A DNA stretch of 64,000 nt from an uncultured Clostridium sp. (GCA_947427095.1 CANEGO010000002.1:99810-163809); one strand, 5' to 3'; shown: positions 47,730 through 60,215, counted from the stretch's first letter. Program-made: numbers and translations. Notes: generated from the sequence alone by a model not told the origin.

Positions 47730-48266
47730 ATGGAAGAAAAAAAATGGTACGTAGTTAATACATATTCAGGTCATGAATCTAAAGTAAAAGAAAAACTAGA
47801 CATGAGAATTAACTCTATGGAAATGCAAGAAAATATATTTAGAGTAATTGTTCCTGAAAGAAAAGAAGTAGAAATAAAAGATGGTAAGAAAAAAGAAAAA
47901 ATAAAAAAATTATTTCCAGGATATGTTTTAGTTGAAATGATTATGTCTGATGAGTCTTGGTATATTGTTCGTAATACCCCTGGTGTAACTGGATTTTTAG
48001 GTTCATCTGGTAAAGGGGCAAAACCAGTTCCATTATATGACGAAGAAGTAGAAAGAATATTTAAAGAAATTGGTTATACTGGCGAAAATGTTGTTGTTAA
48101 TTATGAAGTTGGAGACAACGTTAAGATAACTGATGGTCCGTTTAAAATGCTTGCGGGTAAAATTACTGAAATTGATATCGATAAAGGTATAGCAAACGTT
48201 TCAATTGATTTATTTGGGCAAGAAACGAACGTTGAGTTAGAACTTACAAAGTTCATAAAGGAATAA
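47730..48266 (+). CDS. nusG: Transcription termination/antitermination factor NusG (ATG start; the track ORF uses an upstream TTG)
   Basis: NGN domain (WYVVNTYSGHE) and KOW domain (VGDNVKITDGPFKMLAGKI). Confidence 0.95.
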   Translation: MEEKKWYVVNTYSGHESKVKEKLDMRINSMEMQENIFRVIVPERKEVEIKDGKKKEKIKKLFPGYVLVEMIMSDESWYIVRNTPGVTGFLGSSGKGAKPVPLYDEEVERIFKEIGYTGENVVVNYEVGDNVKITDGPFKMLAGKITEIDIDKGIANVSIDLFGQETNVELELTKFIKE

Positions 48267-48423
48267 AAGTAAAAAAACTATTGCTTTTATCATGTATGCT
48301 GTGATAAAATTAATGCGCAGCTATATTTGTATATAGATGATGAAAGAAAAAAGTGGAAGGCGCGGATTTAAAATAAAAGCTATTTGACCACTCGCGAAAA
48401 AATGATTATAGGAGGTGTTTTTC

Positions 48424-48849
48424 GTGGCAAAAGAAGTTGTAAAGATGATTAAGTTGCAATTACCAGCCGGAAAAGCAACACCAGCTCCTCCAGTAGGAAC
48501 GGTGTTAGGACCAGCAGGAGTTAACTCAGGTGAGTTCTGTGTTAAATATAATGATGCAACTAAAGATAAGATGGGAGATATAATTCCAGTTGAGATTACT
48601 ATTTATGATGATAGAAGTTTTGACTTAAGATTTTTAACTCCACCAACACCATTCTTACTTAAGAAGTATGCTAAAATTAAGGCAGGTTCTGCTAAGGGTT
48701 CTAGTGAGGTTGTTGGAAGTATTACTACAGCACAATTGAAAGAGATTGCTGAAATTAAATTACCTGATTTAAATGCGTACACGGTAGAAGAAGCAATGAA
48801 GAGCATTGCTGGTACTGCTAAAAATATGGGTATCGAAATTAAAGATTAA
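48424..48849 (+). CDS. rplK: 50S ribosomal protein L11 (GTG start after AGGAGG)
   Basis: [34 protein letters not shown] is the canonical L11 N-terminus. Confidence 0.95.
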   Translation: MAKEVVKMIKLQLPAGKATPAPPVGTVLGPAGVNSGEFCVKYNDATKDKMGDIIPVEITIYDDRSFDLRFLTPPTPFLLKKYAKIKAGSAKGSSEVVGSITTAQLKEIAEIKLPDLNAYTVEEAMKSIAGTAKNMGIEIKD

Positions 48850-48933
48850 TAAAAAATTAATTACTAAATTAAATATCATATAGATTTATCTATGTGGGAG
48901 GAAAATCCGCTTATACCACAGGGAGGTAAGAAA

Positions 48934-49632
48934 ATGAAAAAGAAAAGTAAAAAGTATACAGAAGCTTTAAGTAAACTAGAAAAAGGTAAACTTTATTCTC
49001 TTGAAGAAGCTGTAAAATTAGTAAAAGAAACTTCTGTATCTAAGTTTGATGGAACTGTTGAGATTGCGGTTAGATTGAACTTAGATACTAAGAAAAATGA
49101 TCAACAATTAAGAGGAGCAATCGTACTACCTCACGGAACTGGCAAAACTAAAAAGGTTTTAGTTTTGGCTAAGGGTGAAGCTGCGAAGGCTGCAGAATCA
49201 GCAGGGGCTGACTTTGTTGGTGATGTTGATATGATTACTAAAATTGAAAAGGAAAACTGGTTTGAGTTTGATGTAATTATAGCAACACCTGAAATGATGC
49301 CACTTTTAGGTAAATTAGGTAAAATTTTAGGTCCTAAAGGTTTAATGCCTAATCCAAAAACAGGAACTGTTACGATGGATACCAAGAAGGCTGTTGAAGA
49401 TGTTAAAAAAGGTCGTGTAGAATATCGTACAGACTCTTATGCAAACGTTCATGCCATTGTTGGTAAAGTTTCGTTTACGAATGAAAAATTAATGGATAAC
49501 ATTAATGCATTTATGGACGTAATCATTAAGTCTAAGCCACAAGCTGCTAAAGGGGTATACTTAAAGAATGTATCTTTAGCATCAACTATGGGCCCAGGAG
49601 TTAAAGTTGATTTAACTTCATTTGACAAATAA
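48934..49632 (+). CDS. rplA: 50S ribosomal protein L1 (ATG after GGGAGG; the track ORF starts upstream)
   Basis: [15 protein letters not shown]... and conserved L1 sequence throughout. Confidence 0.95.
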   Translation: MKKKSKKYTEALSKLEKGKLYSLEEAVKLVKETSVSKFDGTVEIAVRLNLDTKKNDQQLRGAIVLPHGTGKTKKVLVLAKGEAAKAAESAGADFVGDVDMITKIEKENWFEFDVIIATPEMMPLLGKLGKILGPKGLMPNPKTGTVTMDTKKAVEDVKKGRVEYRTDSYANVHAIVGKVSFTNEKLMDNINAFMDVIIKSKPQAAKGVYLKNVSLASTMGPGVKVDLTSFDK

Positions 49633-49639
49633 TAATAAA

Positions 49640-49827
49640 TGTTTTAAAATATGAATAGTTATTGCCGGTAAAGCATAACTATATAGTACCAAAGACAGTA
49701 GGAGCAAAACGCATAACTATATTCCTACCGAGGACAAAAATCATAATTAGGATTTTAAGGTCTTTCATGTCTTTGATGTGAAGGCCTTTTAATTTAGGTA
49801 CTTATTACTAAAGAAGGAGGAAGAAAC
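49640..49827 (+). promoter_or_regulatory. rplJ leader (L10(L12)4 autoregulatory leader RNA region)
   Basis: A 188-nt untranslated leader in the position where Firmicutes carry the L10 leader, with structured GC-containing segments in an otherwise AT-rich context. The secondary structure was not verified. Confidence 0.45.
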
Positions 49828-50322
49828 ATGGCAAACCAAGCAATCATAGCTAAAAAAGAAGAAGTTGTTAATGAAATAACAGAACGTGTTAAGAATGCTA
49901 ATAGCGTTGTTTTATTTGATTACCGTGGTTTAACTGATGCTGAGATAGTTGAACTTCGTCGTAAGCTTCGTGAATCAGAATCTTCTTATAAGGTATATAA
50001 AAATACTTTAACAAAAAGAGCTTTTGATAAATTATCTATTAATTTAGATAATTGCTTAGAAGGTCCATCTGCTTTAGCAACATCAGATGATGCTATAGCT
50101 CCAATAAAGGTTTTAGCTGATTTTGCAAAGGATCATCCAGCCTTGGAGTTAAAAGGTGGATATGTAGATGGGAAAGAAACAACACTTGAAGAGTTAAAAG
50201 AGTTAGCAAAAGTACCATCAAGGGATGGATTACTTACAATGTTTGCGGCAGGCTTAATGGAACATGTTAAGAATGTTGCAATATGTCTTGACTTACATAG
50301 TCAAAATCTAGAGGAAGAATAA
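49828..50322 (+). CDS. rplJ: 50S ribosomal protein L10
   Basis: Conserved L10 sequence; GAAGGAGG RBS. Confidence 0.95.
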   Translation: MANQAIIAKKEEVVNEITERVKNANSVVLFDYRGLTDAEIVELRRKLRESESSYKVYKNTLTKRAFDKLSINLDNCLEGPSALATSDDAIAPIKVLADFAKDHPALELKGGYVDGKETTLEELKELAKVPSRDGLLTMFAAGLMEHVKNVAICLDLHSQNLEEE

Positions 50323-50352
50323 TTTAATTTAAAAATAAGGAGGAATTTAAAA

Positions 50353-50721
50353 ATGGCAAAATTAAGTACACAAGAAATAATTGATGCAATTAAGGAAATG
50401 AAAATTCTTGAAGTAAAAGAATTAGTAGACGCAATGAAAGAAGAATTTGGAGTAGATCCAAGTGCTGTAGCAGTAGCTGCTGCTCCAGCTGCTGGAGCTG
50501 TAGCTGAAGAAAAAACTTCTGCAACTGTAGTATTAAAAGATGCTGGAGCAACTAAAATTCAAGTAATTAAGGTAATTAGAGATATTACTGGTTTAGGATT
50601 GATGGAAGCTAAGAAGCTAGCTGACGAAGGTGGTAACGTTAAAGAAAACGCTGCTATGGATGAAGCTAACGACATTAAAGCTAAGCTTGAAGAAGCTGGC
50701 GCTACTGTTGAACTTGCTTAA
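50353..50721 (+). CDS. rplL: 50S ribosomal protein L7/L12
   Basis: An Ala-rich hinge (AAAPAAGAVAEEK) and the C-terminal domain KVIRDITGLGLMEAKKL. Confidence 0.95.
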   Translation: MAKLSTQEIIDAIKEMKILEVKELVDAMKEEFGVDPSAVAVAAAPAAGAVAEEKTSATVVLKDAGATKIQVIKVIRDITGLGLMEAKKLADEGGNVKENAAMDEANDIKAKLEEAGATVELA

Positions 50722-50742
50722 TTTAGTAAATAAGTACTTAGA

Positions 50743-50769
50743 GAATACGAATTATTTCGTATTCTTTTT
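50743..50769 (+). terminator. Strong terminator after rplL
   Basis: GAATACGAA-TTAT-TTCGTATTC hairpin followed by TTTTT. Confidence 0.7.
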
Positions 50770-50827
50770 ATTTGTGTTATAATTAGTTTATTATTAGTTA
50801 TATGCGTTTGAAAAGGAGTTTTTAATT

Positions 50828-51352
50828 ATGGAGTTAACATTAAATTATGTATTATCCCAGATATTTTCTTTATTATGTTTTACATGTTTTGGAATAACAT
50901 TTTTTTCTAAAAACCAGAAAAATATTAGATTTTTAGGAATTCTTATGAATGTTTTTCAAGCAATAAGTTATATGTTTTTAAATGCAACTAGTGGATATGC
51001 TACTCTAATTATAGCTATAATTAGGAATTTAATTTTCTTTAAACTGAACAAACAAGAGTACACAACGTCATATAAATTATTATTATTTGCTTTATTATTT
51101 GTAATAGGAGTTACTGGAATTATAACTTATACTAATTTCTTTAGTTTATTGCCTATATTTGCAATTGTATTATATACTATAGGCGTATGGCAAAAAAGTC
51201 CTAAGATTTATAAATTATTATCTATTCCAAATTGCATATTATGGGTAATATATAATCTTTCAGTTGCTTCATTCATCGCAAGTATTGATGAATTTGTTGC
51301 GCTAATTTTATCAATAATAGGTTTTTATAACGAGGTAAAAGTTAAAAAATAA
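50828..51352 (+). CDS. Multi-pass inner-membrane protein (174 aa; possibly YgjV-like), function unknown
   Basis: 5-6 predicted TM helices. It has its own extended -10 TGTTATAAT and a GGAG RBS. Confidence 0.5.
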   Translation: MELTLNYVLSQIFSLLCFTCFGITFFSKNQKNIRFLGILMNVFQAISYMFLNATSGYATLIIAIIRNLIFFKLNKQEYTTSYKLLLFALLFVIGVTGIITYTNFFSLLPIFAIVLYTIGVWQKSPKIYKLLSIPNCILWVIYNLSVASFIASIDEFVALILSIIGFYNEVKVKK

Positions 51353-51380
51353 AATATTTAATTAGTTTAACGGGGGCATT

Positions 51381-51965
51381 ATGGCACATTATTTTACGAA
51401 TGATGAAAATTTATCTCATGATATAAAAAAAGTAAATGTACTTATCCACAGTATTAATTATTATTTTTATACTGATAATGGTGTATTTTCTAAAGGTGAG
51501 CTAGATTTTGGAACAGAATTACTTTTAAATACATTTGAATATAGTTTTCCACAAGAAAAAGATTTCCTAGACATTGGATGCGGATGTGGTCCAATAGGAA
51601 TATATGCATCAAAATTAGGTTTTACTGTGGATATGTCTGATGTTAACAAAAGAGCGATGGAACTATCTAAAAGAAGTTTAAACGAACAAAAACTAAAAGC
51701 AAATGTCTTTGAGTCAGATGCTTATGAAAGTATAAATAATAAGTATGATTACATAGTATCTAATCCTCCAATTAGGGTAGGCAAAGAAAAGTTATATGAA
51801 ATCATAATGGGAGCTAAAGCTTATTTAAAAGAAAATGGTAATTTGTGGATTGTTGTTAGAAAACAGCAGGGTGCGGAAAGTTTAATAAGGGATATGAAAG
51901 ATGTATATTCTACTGTTGATGTAGTGGAAAAGAAAAAAGGATTTTATATAATAAGAGCAAAATAA
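51381..51965 (+). CDS. Class I SAM-dependent rRNA methyltransferase, RsmC/YbxB-like small MTase
   Basis: Motif I DIGCGCGPIG and motif IV NPPI. The position between rplL and rpoB matches B. subtilis ybxB. Confidence 0.75.
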   Translation: MAHYFTNDENLSHDIKKVNVLIHSINYYFYTDNGVFSKGELDFGTELLLNTFEYSFPQEKDFLDIGCGCGPIGIYASKLGFTVDMSDVNKRAMELSKRSLNEQKLKANVFESDAYESINNKYDYIVSNPPIRVGKEKLYEIIMGAKAYLKENGNLWIVVRKQQGAESLIRDMKDVYSTVDVVEKKKGFYIIRAK

Positions 51966-51977
51966 ACTGGATTTAAG

Positions 51978-52006
51978 CACAAATATTCAATTATTTGTGT
52001 TTTTTT
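51978..52006 (+). terminator. Terminator after the methyltransferase gene
   Basis: CACAAATA-N6-TATTTGTG hairpin plus T7. Confidence 0.6.
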
Positions 52007-52026
52007 GTAATAATTTCTAAAATCTA

Positions 52027-52055
52027 TTGACAATACTAGCTTTTTCTTGTAATAT
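52027..52055 (+). promoter_or_regulatory. Sigma-A-type promoter for rpoBC
   Basis: TTGACA, a 17-nt spacer, then TAATAT, followed by an approximately 70-nt leader. Confidence 0.55.
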
Positions 52056-52125
52056 TTTAAATTGGTACTGTGTCTTTAATTTTAGACATGTTCTTTAAAA
52101 ATTTATAGTTTAGGGGTGGAATTGC

Positions 52126-55100
52126 GTGGCTTATAAGATTAAAAAAGTAAACGAATACCGTGAAAGAAGAGACTTTTCAAGAGTTGAAAAATCATTAGAA
52201 TTAGCAGACTTACTTGAGATACAAACAAAGTCTTATAATTGGTTTATTCAAGATGGAATCAAAGAAGTGTTAGAGGAAATAAGCCCAGTAGAAAATTTCT
52301 CTGGAACATTATCATTAGAATTTGGTGAATACTCATTTGATGAACCAAGACATACGATTAAAGAATGTAAGGAGAAGAAGACTACTTATGCTGCTCCATT
52401 AAAGGTTCAAACTCGTTTGTTTAACAACGAAACAGGTGAGGTTAAGGAACAAGAGATATTCTTAGGCGATATGCCACTTATGACAGATTCAGGATCATTT
52501 ATATTTAATGGTTCAGAACGTGTTATTGTATCTCAATTAGTACGTTCTCCAAGCGTGTATTATGGAAGAGAAATAGACAAGAATGGACGTTCTATAATAT
52601 CATCACAAATTATTCCAACAAGAGGTACTTGGCTTGAATACAAATTAAATAGTAAAGATGTTGTAGATGTTAGAATTGACCGTAATAGGAAGGTTGTTAT
52701 CACTGCTTTTTTAAGGGCTTTTGGTTTATCTTCTGATGAGGAAATACTAAAGTTATTTGGTCAAGATGAATATTTAATTAATACTTTAAGTAAGGATTCT
52801 ACTAAGAATACCGACGAAGCTTTACTTGAAATATATGAAAAATTAAAACCAGGTGAACCTGCTACTTTAGATAGTGCTAAAAACCAACTAATTACAAGAT
52901 TTTTTGATAATTTCAGATATGATTTAGCTAAGGTTGGACGTTATAAATTCAACAAGAAACTTAATGTTGTTGATCGTTTGCTAAATCAAACTTTAGCCGA
53001 GGATATTAAAGTTGATGGTAAAATTGTAATTAAAAGTGGAACTAAAATCACTAATGAAGTAATGGATACTTTAAAACCAATTTTAGCTAATGGTTATGGT
53101 ATGGTTGATGCTACCATGGATAAAGAGCTTGATGATCATACGATGGTTCAAGTTATTAATATTTTCTCTCCAGTAGAGCCAGATAAAATTATAAAAGTGG
53201 TAGGTAACGATCAAAATATTGATGTTAAAACACTTACTATATCTGATATATATGCATCTGTATCATATTATTTGAACCTTTTACATAACGTTGGTTCAAT
53301 TGATGAAATAGATCACTTATCTAATCGTCGTTTAAGACAGGTTGGTGAGTTATTACAAAATCAATTTAGAATTGGTGTTGCTCGTATGGAAAGGGTTATT
53401 CGTGAAAGAATGACAACACTAGATATTGAAACAGCAACTCCAAAAACTTTAATAAATATAAGACCAATTACAGCGGTTATTAAAGAATTCTTTGGATCGA
53501 GTCCATTATCTCAATTTATGGATCAAATAAATCCTTTATCAGAGTTAAATAATAAACGTCGTTTATCGGCTTTAGGACCTGGTGGTTTATCACGTGATAG
53601 AGCTGCTATGGAAGTGCGTGACGTAAATGTTTCTCACTATGGTAGAATTTGTCCTATCGAGTCACCAGAAGGTGCTAACATTGGGCTTATTACGTCTCTT
53701 GCTAATTATGCAAAGGTAAATGATTATGGGTTTATTATGACTCCATATAGAAGAGTTAAAGATGGTAAGTTACAAGACCAAATAGATTATTTAACAGCTG
53801 ATGAAGAAAATGGCCACATCATAGCACAAGCTAAGATAGAAATGGATGGAGATACAATCACTCAAGAGCATGTTCCGGCTCGTTCTAATGGTGAAAATAT
53901 TTTAGCTAAGCCAAGTGAAATAGACTATATAGATGTAGCTCCACAACAAATAGTATCAGTTACTACAAGTTGTATTCCATTCCTTGATCATGATGATGGA
54001 CACCGTGCGTTAATGGGATCTAACATGCAACGTCAAGCATTACCACTTTTAAGAGCAGAAGCTCCACTTGTTGCAACAGGGGTAGAGGCGCAAGCTGCAA
54101 AAGATAGTGGTGTTGCCGTACTTGCAAAAGCAGATGGTGTAGTAGAATATGTTGACGGTAAAAAAATAGTTGTTAAAACTACTAAAGCTAAAGATATTTA
54201 CATTCTTAAAAATTTCGAAGGTTCAAACGCTGGTACGTGTTATCATCAAAGACCAATCGTAAAGGTTGGAGACAAAGTAGCTCGTGGTCAGATAATTGCA
54301 GATGGTCCTTCAACAGATAAAGGTGAGGTAGCATTAGGTAAGAACTTAGTTGTTGCATTCATGACTTATAATGGATATAACTATGAAGATGCTGTAATCC
54401 TTAATGAAAGAATGGTTAAGGATGATGTATTAACATCAATTTACATAGAAGATTATGAAATACAATGCCGTGATACTAAACTAGGACCTGAAGAAATTAC
54501 CCGTGATATTCCTAACGTAAGTGAGGATGCTCGTAAAAACTTAGATGCTAATGGTATTATAAGAATTGGTACAGAGGTAAAAGAAGGTGACATCTTAGTT
54601 GGTAAGGTTACTCCAAAGGGAATGGTAGAACTTACTTCTGAAGAAAAATTATTACATGCAATCTTTGGTGAAAAAACTCGTGAAGTAAGAGATACGTCTT
54701 TACGTGTTCCACATGGTGGAGCTGGTATCGTTCATGATATAAAGATTTATACTAAGAAAGATTCTGATGAACTTCCAAGTGGAGTTTCTAAAGAAATCCG
54801 TGTATACATCGTTCAAAAACGTAAGATTCAAGTTGGTGACAAGATGGCTGGTCGTCATGGTAACAAGGGTGTTATTTCACTTGTTGCACCACAAGAGGAC
54901 ATGCCATACTTACCAGATGGTACTCCAGTAGATATCTTACTTAATCCATTAGGTGTTCCATCACGTATGAACCCTGGCCAAATACTTGAAATGCACTTAG
55001 GTATGGCTGCTAAAAAATTAGGCGTTTATACTGCAACACCAGTATTTGATGGTGCAACATGGCAAGATATTCAGGAAATGATGGCCGAAGCTGGTATGGA

Positions 55101-55764
55101 TCCAGATGGTAAGACTATTTTATATAATGGTAAAACAGGAGAACCGTTTGATAATAGAGTAGCAGTTGGTGTTATGTACATGATTAAACTTGACCATATG
55201 GTTGATGATAAGTTACATGCTCGTGCAACTGGACCTTATTCGTTAGTTACACAACAACCACTTGGTGGTAAAGCACAATTTGGTGGACAAAGATTTGGTG
55301 AAATGGAAGTTTGGGCGCTTTATGCTTATGGTGCTGCTCATGTACTTCAAGAAATACTTACTGTAAAATCAGATGATGTCGTAGGTCGTGTAAAGGTTTA
55401 CGAATCAATTGTTAAGGGAAAACCAATTAATCAGGCTGGAGTTCCAGAAAGTTTCCGTGTTCTTGTTAAAGAATTCCAAGCTTTAGGTTTAAACATAGCA
55501 ATGATTACTGAAGATGGTACAGAAGTTGACGTTAAAACTCTTGAAGAAGAGGAAGAAAAAGAAGTTTCTCCATTGTCGATTGAAGAAATAGATAATGTTT
55601 CAATGGTTAATCCAAAACAAACGGTGGATGTTATTTCTGAAGAAGAGGCTATATCAGAATCAGATGAGCTTGCAAGTGAAGAAGAACAAGATGATTATGA
55701 AGCAGAAATCGAAGATGAGCTAGATGAAATGGATGATGCTTTAATGGAAGGGGATGAAGAGTAA
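52126..55764 (+). CDS. rpoB: DNA-directed RNA polymerase beta subunit (GTG start), with an acidic C-terminal tail
   Basis: 1212 aa of conserved RpoB sequence. The C-terminal roughly 70 aa are strongly acidic (..[33 protein letters not shown]..). Confidence 0.97.
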   Translation: MAYKIKKVNEYRERRDFSRVEKSLELADLLEIQTKSYNWFIQDGIKEVLEEISPVENFSGTLSLEFGEYSFDEPRHTIKECKEKKTTYAAPLKVQTRLFNNETGEVKEQEIFLGDMPLMTDSGSFIFNGSERVIVSQLVRSPSVYYGREIDKNGRSIISSQIIPTRGTWLEYKLNSKDVVDVRIDRNRKVVITAFLRAFGLSSDEEILKLFGQDEYLINTLSKDSTKNTDEALLEIYEKLKPGEPATLDSAKNQLITRFFDNFRYDLAKVGRYKFNKKLNVVDRLLNQTLAEDIKVDGKIVIKSGTKITNEVMDTLKPILANGYGMVDATMDKELDDHTMVQVINIFSPVEPDKIIKVVGNDQNIDVKTLTISDIYASVSYYLNLLHNVGSIDEIDHLSNRRLRQVGELLQNQFRIGVARMERVIRERMTTLDIETATPKTLINIRPITAVIKEFFGSSPLSQFMDQINPLSELNNKRRLSALGPGGLSRDRAAMEVRDVNVSHYGRICPIESPEGANIGLITSLANYAKVNDYGFIMTPYRRVKDGKLQDQIDYLTADEENGHIIAQAKIEMDGDTITQEHVPARSNGENILAKPSEIDYIDVAPQQIVSVTTSCIPFLDHDDGHRALMGSNMQRQALPLLRAEAPLVATGVEAQAAKDSGVAVLAKADGVVEYVDGKKIVVKTTKAKDIYILKNFEGSNAGTCYHQRPIVKVGDKVARGQIIADGPSTDKGEVALGKNLVVAFMTYNGYNYEDAVILNERMVKDDVLTSIYIEDYEIQCRDTKLGPEEITRDIPNVSEDARKNLDANGIIRIGTEVKEGDILVGKVTPKGMVELTSEEKLLHAIFGEKTREVRDTSLRVPHGGAGIVHDIKIYTKKDSDELPSGVSKEIRVYIVQKRKIQVGDKMAGRHGNKGVISLVAPQEDMPYLPDGTPVDILLNPLGVPSRMNPGQILEMHLGMAAKKLGVYTATPVFDGATWQDIQEMMAEAGMDPDGKTILYNGKTGEPFDNRVAVGVMYMIKLDHMVDDKLHARATGPYSLVTQQPLGGKAQFGGQRFGEMEVWALYAYGAAHVLQEILTVKSDDVVGRVKVYESIVKGKPINQAGVPESFRVLVKEFQALGLNIAMITEDGTEVDVKTLEEEEEKEVSPLSIEEIDNVSMVNPKQTVDVISEEEAISESDELASEEEQDDYEAEIEDELDEMDDALMEGDEE

Positions 55765-58700
55765 TGTTAGATGCAAATAGATTTGAAGGAATAAAAATAT
55801 CTATCGCTTCACCCGAACAAATTAGAGAGTGGTCATATGGAGAGGTTAAAAAACCTGAAACAATTAACTATCGTACTTTAAAACCTGAAAGAGATGGTTT
55901 GTTCTGTGAGAAAATTTTCGGACCAACTAAAGATTATGAATGTGCTTGTGGTAAGTACAAAAGATTAAGATATAAAGATATAATTTGTGATAGATGTGGT
56001 GTTGAGGTTACTAAAGCTAAAGTTCGTCGTGAGCGTATGGGTCACATCGAACTTGCAACCCCAGTATCTCATATTTGGTTCTTTAAAGGCGTTCCATCTC
56101 GTATGGGATTAGTACTTGATATGTCTCCAAGAGATTTAGAAGAAGTTTTATATTTTGTTTCTTATGTTGTTATCAATCCAGGATCAGCTCCATTAGAGAA
56201 GAAACAAACTTTATCTGATAAAGAATACCGTGCATATTATGAAAAGTATGGTAATACATTTGAAGTAGGCATGGGAGCTGAAGCTATTTTAAAATTACTT
56301 AAAGAAATTGATGTAAAGGCTGAAATAGCTGAGATTGAAAAAGAATTAGAAGATGCTACAGAACAAAAGAGAACAAGATTATTAAAGAGATTAGATATTT
56401 TAGATTCATTTGATAAATCAGGAAATAAACCTGAATGGATGATATTAACAGCACTTCCTGTTATACCTCCAGAATTAAGACCAATGATTCAATTGGATGG
56501 TGGTCGTTTTGCAACTAGTGATTTAAATGATTTATATAGGCGTGTTATTAACCGTAATAATCGTTTGAAGAAATTATTAGAATTAAACGCTCCATCTATC
56601 ATTGTTCAAAATGAAAAACGTATGCTTCAAGAAGCAGTTGATGCTTTATTTGATAACGGAAGACGTGGTAGAAATGTTACTGGTCCATCAAATAGACCAT
56701 TAAAATCAATTTCTTCTATGTTAAAAGGTAAGCAGGGACGTTTCCGTCAAAACTTACTTGGTAAACGTGTTGACTACTCAGGACGTAGCGTTATCGCGGT
56801 TGGCCCAACACTTAAGATGTACCAATGTGGTATACCAAAAGAAATGGCTCTTGAGTTATTTAAGCCTCACGTTATTCATGGTTTAGTAGAAAGGGATATT
56901 GTTCATAATATTAAATCTGCTAAAAAATTAATAGAAAATCAAGATGAAAGGGTATGGGACGTTGTTGAAGATGTTATTAAAGAGCATCCAGTAATGTTAA
57001 ACCGTGCACCAACACTTCACAGGTTAGGAATTCAAGCGTTTGAGCCGAAGCTTGTTAGTGGTAAAGCAATTAGGCTTCACCCACTTGTTTGTACGGCTTT
57101 TAACGCTGACTTTGATGGTGACCAAATGGCTGTTCACGTTCCACTTTCTGAAGCAGCTCAAGCAGAAGCTAGAATATTAATGCTTGGTGCTAATAACATC
57201 CTTTCACCAAAGGATGGAAAACCTATCGTTACTCCATCGCAAGATATGGTTCTAGGTAATTATTACATAACCATGGAAAAAGCTGGTATTGAAGGTGAAG
57301 GAAGGGTATTTAGAAACTCAAATGAGGCGATTGAAGCTTATGAAAGAAGAGAGTTAACTCTTCACGCTAGAATAGCCTTACCAGCTAAATCATTAAAATA
57401 CAAAATGTTTACTGAAGAGCAAAGAGAAATGTATTTGGTAACAACTGTTGGTAAACTTATATTTAATGAAGTGTTACCGGATGGATTCCAATATATAAAC
57501 GAACCTACGGATGAGAATTTTGAAAGTTTAACTCCAATGAAGTTCTTCTTACCTCGTGGAACAAATATTCCAGAAGCAATAAAGAGTATGCCTTTGGTAA
57601 AACCGTTCCCTCAGGGAGCTTTAAAGAGTATCATTGCCCAAATATTTAAACGTTATAAAACTACTGAAACTTCGGTAATGCTAGACCGTTTAAAAGATTT
57701 AGGATTTAAATATTCAACTCTTGCAGGTATTTCAATATCTATCGCTGATGTTGAAACAAGTGAAAAGAAACATGAAATAGTTGAAGAATCACAAAAGATA
57801 GTTGATACAATTAATAAGCAATATAGACGTGGTTTAATAACTGATAGAGAACGTTATGAAAAGGTTTGTGAAATTTGGAATAAGGCAACAAGCGAAGTAG
57901 AAAAGGAATTAAAAGCTAAAGTAGAGGCTCCATCTGATAATCCTATTATGATGATGATGAACTCTAAAGCGCGTGGTAACTTATCTCAATTTAGACAGCT
58001 AGCTGGTATGATAGGATTAAAAGCAAAACCTAATGGTGAAGCGGTTGAAATTCCAGTTACATCTTCATTTATAGATGGTTTATCTGTATCAGAATTCTTC
58101 CTATCTACTCATGGAACTCGTAAAGGTAATGCCGATACAGCACTTAAAACAGCAGACTCTGGTTACTTAACTAGACGTTTAGTTGATGTTGTACAAGATG
58201 TTATCGTAAGAGAAGAAGACTGCGGAACTATTCAAGGTGTTTTAGTTAAAGCTTTCATTGACGAGAATGCTGGAACGGTAATTGAAAGTTTACATGAACG
58301 TATAGTTGGTCGTTATACTAATAAAAAGGTTGTTAATCCTGAAACTAAGGAATTAATAATTGATAAAAATGAGTTAATAACCGAACCAATTGCGGATAAG
58401 ATAGATAAAGCTGGTATTAAGGAAGTTGAAATAAGAACAGCTTTAACATGTAAAACTGAAAACGGAGTATGTAAACATTGTTATGGTAATAACTTAGCTA
58501 CTGGTAACGTAGTTGAAATTGGTGAAGCAGTAGGTATTATGGCTGCACAATCAATTGGTGAACCAGGTACTCAGCTTACCATGAGAACGTTCCATACCGG
58601 AGGTGTTGCATCAGGTGAGGATATAACTCAAGGTTTACCTCGTGTACAAGAGTTATTTGAGGCTAGAATACCTAAAGCAAAATCTACTATTGCTGAAATA

Positions 58701-59396
58701 AATGGTAAGATAACTAAAATAGATGATCTTAACGGAAAATATAAAATAGAAATTACTAATGATGTTGAAGCAAGGGAACATACAACTAACTATGGTGTTA
58801 AACTTTGTGTTCAAGTAGGAGATGAAGTTAAGGCTGGAGATAAACTTAACATAGGTTCTATAAATCCTAAAGAGTTACTTGCGGTAACGGATCCTATTAC
58901 TGCTCAAAATTATATTTTGGCAGAAGTACAAAAAGTTTATAAATCTCAAGGTGTTGATGTTTCTGATAAACATATTGAAATCCTTGCTCGTCGTATGATT
59001 GCAAGAATTAAGATTGTAGATGGTGGAGATACTACACTTGTATCTGGTAAGTTAGTTTCAATGCATGAGTTTACTAGAATTAACAAAGAAGCTATTATAG
59101 AAGGTAAGAAACCAGCTACTGGTAGACCTATAATGCTTGGTATTACTAAGGCGTCATTAGAAACTGATTCATTCTTATCAGCTGCATCATTCCAAGAAAC
59201 TACTAGAATCCTAACGGATGCTGCTATTAAGGGTAAAGTAGACAATTTGACTGGATTAAAAGAAAATGTTATCATTGGTAAATTAATTCCAGCGGGTACG
59301 GGTTCTAAGTTTTACTCTAATGTTAAATATCAGTTAGAAAGTGAAATGGTTGAAGATGATGCGCTAGACGTATTAGAAGATCAATTAACAGATTAA
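55764..59396 (+). CDS. rpoC: DNA-directed RNA polymerase beta' subunit
   Basis: 1210 aa with a zinc-binding CxxC pair, NADFDGD, and the trigger loop. The start overlaps the rpoB stop by 1 nt. Confidence 0.97.
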   Translation: MLDANRFEGIKISIASPEQIREWSYGEVKKPETINYRTLKPERDGLFCEKIFGPTKDYECACGKYKRLRYKDIICDRCGVEVTKAKVRRERMGHIELATPVSHIWFFKGVPSRMGLVLDMSPRDLEEVLYFVSYVVINPGSAPLEKKQTLSDKEYRAYYEKYGNTFEVGMGAEAILKLLKEIDVKAEIAEIEKELEDATEQKRTRLLKRLDILDSFDKSGNKPEWMILTALPVIPPELRPMIQLDGGRFATSDLNDLYRRVINRNNRLKKLLELNAPSIIVQNEKRMLQEAVDALFDNGRRGRNVTGPSNRPLKSISSMLKGKQGRFRQNLLGKRVDYSGRSVIAVGPTLKMYQCGIPKEMALELFKPHVIHGLVERDIVHNIKSAKKLIENQDERVWDVVEDVIKEHPVMLNRAPTLHRLGIQAFEPKLVSGKAIRLHPLVCTAFNADFDGDQMAVHVPLSEAAQAEARILMLGANNILSPKDGKPIVTPSQDMVLGNYYITMEKAGIEGEGRVFRNSNEAIEAYERRELTLHARIALPAKSLKYKMFTEEQREMYLVTTVGKLIFNEVLPDGFQYINEPTDENFESLTPMKFFLPRGTNIPEAIKSMPLVKPFPQGALKSIIAQIFKRYKTTETSVMLDRLKDLGFKYSTLAGISISIADVETSEKKHEIVEESQKIVDTINKQYRRGLITDRERYEKVCEIWNKATSEVEKELKAKVEAPSDNPIMMMMNSKARGNLSQFRQLAGMIGLKAKPNGEAVEIPVTSSFIDGLSVSEFFLSTHGTRKGNADTALKTADSGYLTRRLVDVVQDVIVREEDCGTIQGVLVKAFIDENAGTVIESLHERIVGRYTNKKVVNPETKELIIDKNELITEPIADKIDKAGIKEVEIRTALTCKTENGVCKHCYGNNLATGNVVEIGEAVGIMAAQSIGEPGTQLTMRTFHTGGVASGEDITQGLPRVQELFEARIPKAKSTIAEINGKITKIDDLNGKYKIEITNDVEAREHTTNYGVKLCVQVGDEVKAGDKLNIGSINPKELLAVTDPITAQNYILAEVQKVYKSQGVDVSDKHIEILARRMIARIKIVDGGDTTLVSGKLVSMHEFTRINKEAIIEGKKPATGRPIMLGITKASLETDSFLSAASFQETTRILTDAAIKGKVDNLTGLKENVIIGKLIPAGTGSKFYSNVKYQLESEMVEDDALDVLEDQLTD

Positions 59397-59425
59397 GAAA
59401 GTCTTTGACTTTCTTTCTTTTTTTT
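59397..59425 (+). terminator. Terminator after rpoC
   Basis: GAAAGTC-TTT-GACTTTC hairpin plus a T-rich run. Confidence 0.65.
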
Positions 59426-59452
59426 GTTATTCTTTAACTAAGGGATGATTAT

Positions 59453-59869
59453 ATGAGCGACAAAAAAATTTTAACTATTGTTGGGTCTGGAGATCAAATG
59501 ATGAATGCTTTAATGCAGACTGTTGGTAATAAGGGATTGGACATAGATAAAGATTATTTAATTAGGGAATACATAGAAAAACCAATGACAAAAGAAGAGT
59601 TTATAAAGGGACTTATTTCTAAGGAAGCCTTTGTACACTATATATATGGTAATGTTTCTATAATAGGTTATGATTCAGATAAAGATGAATTAACTGTATT
59701 TATCAATAAGACATCTAATACCATTACATGTAAAATAGGTGATTTAAGAACTATGTCTAAGTATAAAAAATATGAAAGTGTACTTAATTCATTAGCTGAT
59801 GGCAATAAAGAAAAAAATGCGTTCAATTATTTTGAGGATGTAGTTATACCAGAAGCACAGAAAAAATAA
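59453..59869 (+). CDS. Hypothetical cytoplasmic protein (138 aa), no recognisable motif
   Basis: Clean ORF with a weak AAGGGA RBS and an imperfect hairpin plus T-run downstream (59895-59935). It sits where rpsL/rpsG/fusA follow rpoC in Bacillus. Confidence 0.4.
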   Translation: MSDKKILTIVGSGDQMMNALMQTVGNKGLDIDKDYLIREYIEKPMTKEEFIKGLISKEAFVHYIYGNVSIIGYDSDKDELTVFINKTSNTITCKIGDLRTMSKYKKYESVLNSLADGNKEKNAFNYFEDVVIPEAQKK

Positions 59870-59974
59870 ATAAAATTAGTAATTATATATTTAAGATGGT
59901 TATTTTTAACCTTCTTTTTTTATTTTTTTTTAGAATTTTAGGGGAATTTCAAAAGTTTTATCTAATTATAATAT

Positions 59975-59986
59975 GAGAGTACCTAA
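59975..59986. repeat. Left 12-bp inverted repeat GAGAGTACCTAA at the predicted 5' end of the small-ORF transcript
   Basis: Exact inverse match to 60195-60206. Nearby imperfect matches extend it to about 25 bp. Confidence 0.8.
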
Positions 59987-60039
59987 AATGGGTAGTAGCC
60001 TTCCGTCTTTTTATGAAGAATAGAAAGGTGTTGATGTTT

Positions 60040-60165
60040 ATGAAAAGTGAAACAAAGTTTCAAAGAGTAATAATTATCCTTTTGATTTTATTATTAGCAT
60101 TGCTGATTTTTAAAATACAAAAGAAAAAGCGTACTTACCCAGGGGGTGTACGCTTTTTTCATTAA
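60040..60165 (+). CDS. Small hydrophobic peptide (41 aa), type-I-toxin-like
   Basis: MKSETKFQRVIIILLILLLALLIFKIQKKKRTYPGGVRFFH has a polar N-terminus, one TM helix and a basic C-tail. AGAAAGGTG RBS, a TATAAT -10 at 59967-72, and a 3' end inside a bidirectional terminator. It is absent from the ORF track because it is below 60 aa. Confidence 0.4.
   Translation: MKSETKFQRVIIILLILLLALLIFKIQKKKRTYPGGVRFFH
60124..60159. terminator. Bidirectional rho-independent terminator
   Basis: AAAAAGCGTAC-TTACCCAGGGGGT-GTACGCTTTTTT: GC-rich stem flanked by an A-run and a T-run. Confidence 0.7.
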
Positions 60166-60194
60166 AGTGTTAATGGAAAGTTACTAACCTTAAG

Positions 60195-60206
60195 TTAGGT
60201 ACTCTC
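60195..60206. repeat. Right 12-bp inverted repeat TTAGGTACTCTC at the predicted 5' end of a minus-strand antisense transcript
   Basis: Exact reverse complement of 59975-59986. Confidence 0.8.
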
Positions 60207-60215
60207 GCTAATTAA

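Noticed and set aside
48267-48423. Possible L1-binding autoregulatory leader upstream of rplK
   Set aside because: The region is long enough and has a GGAAGGCGCGGA segment, but I could not recognise the 23S-mimic L1 site by eye. I am leaving it uncalled.
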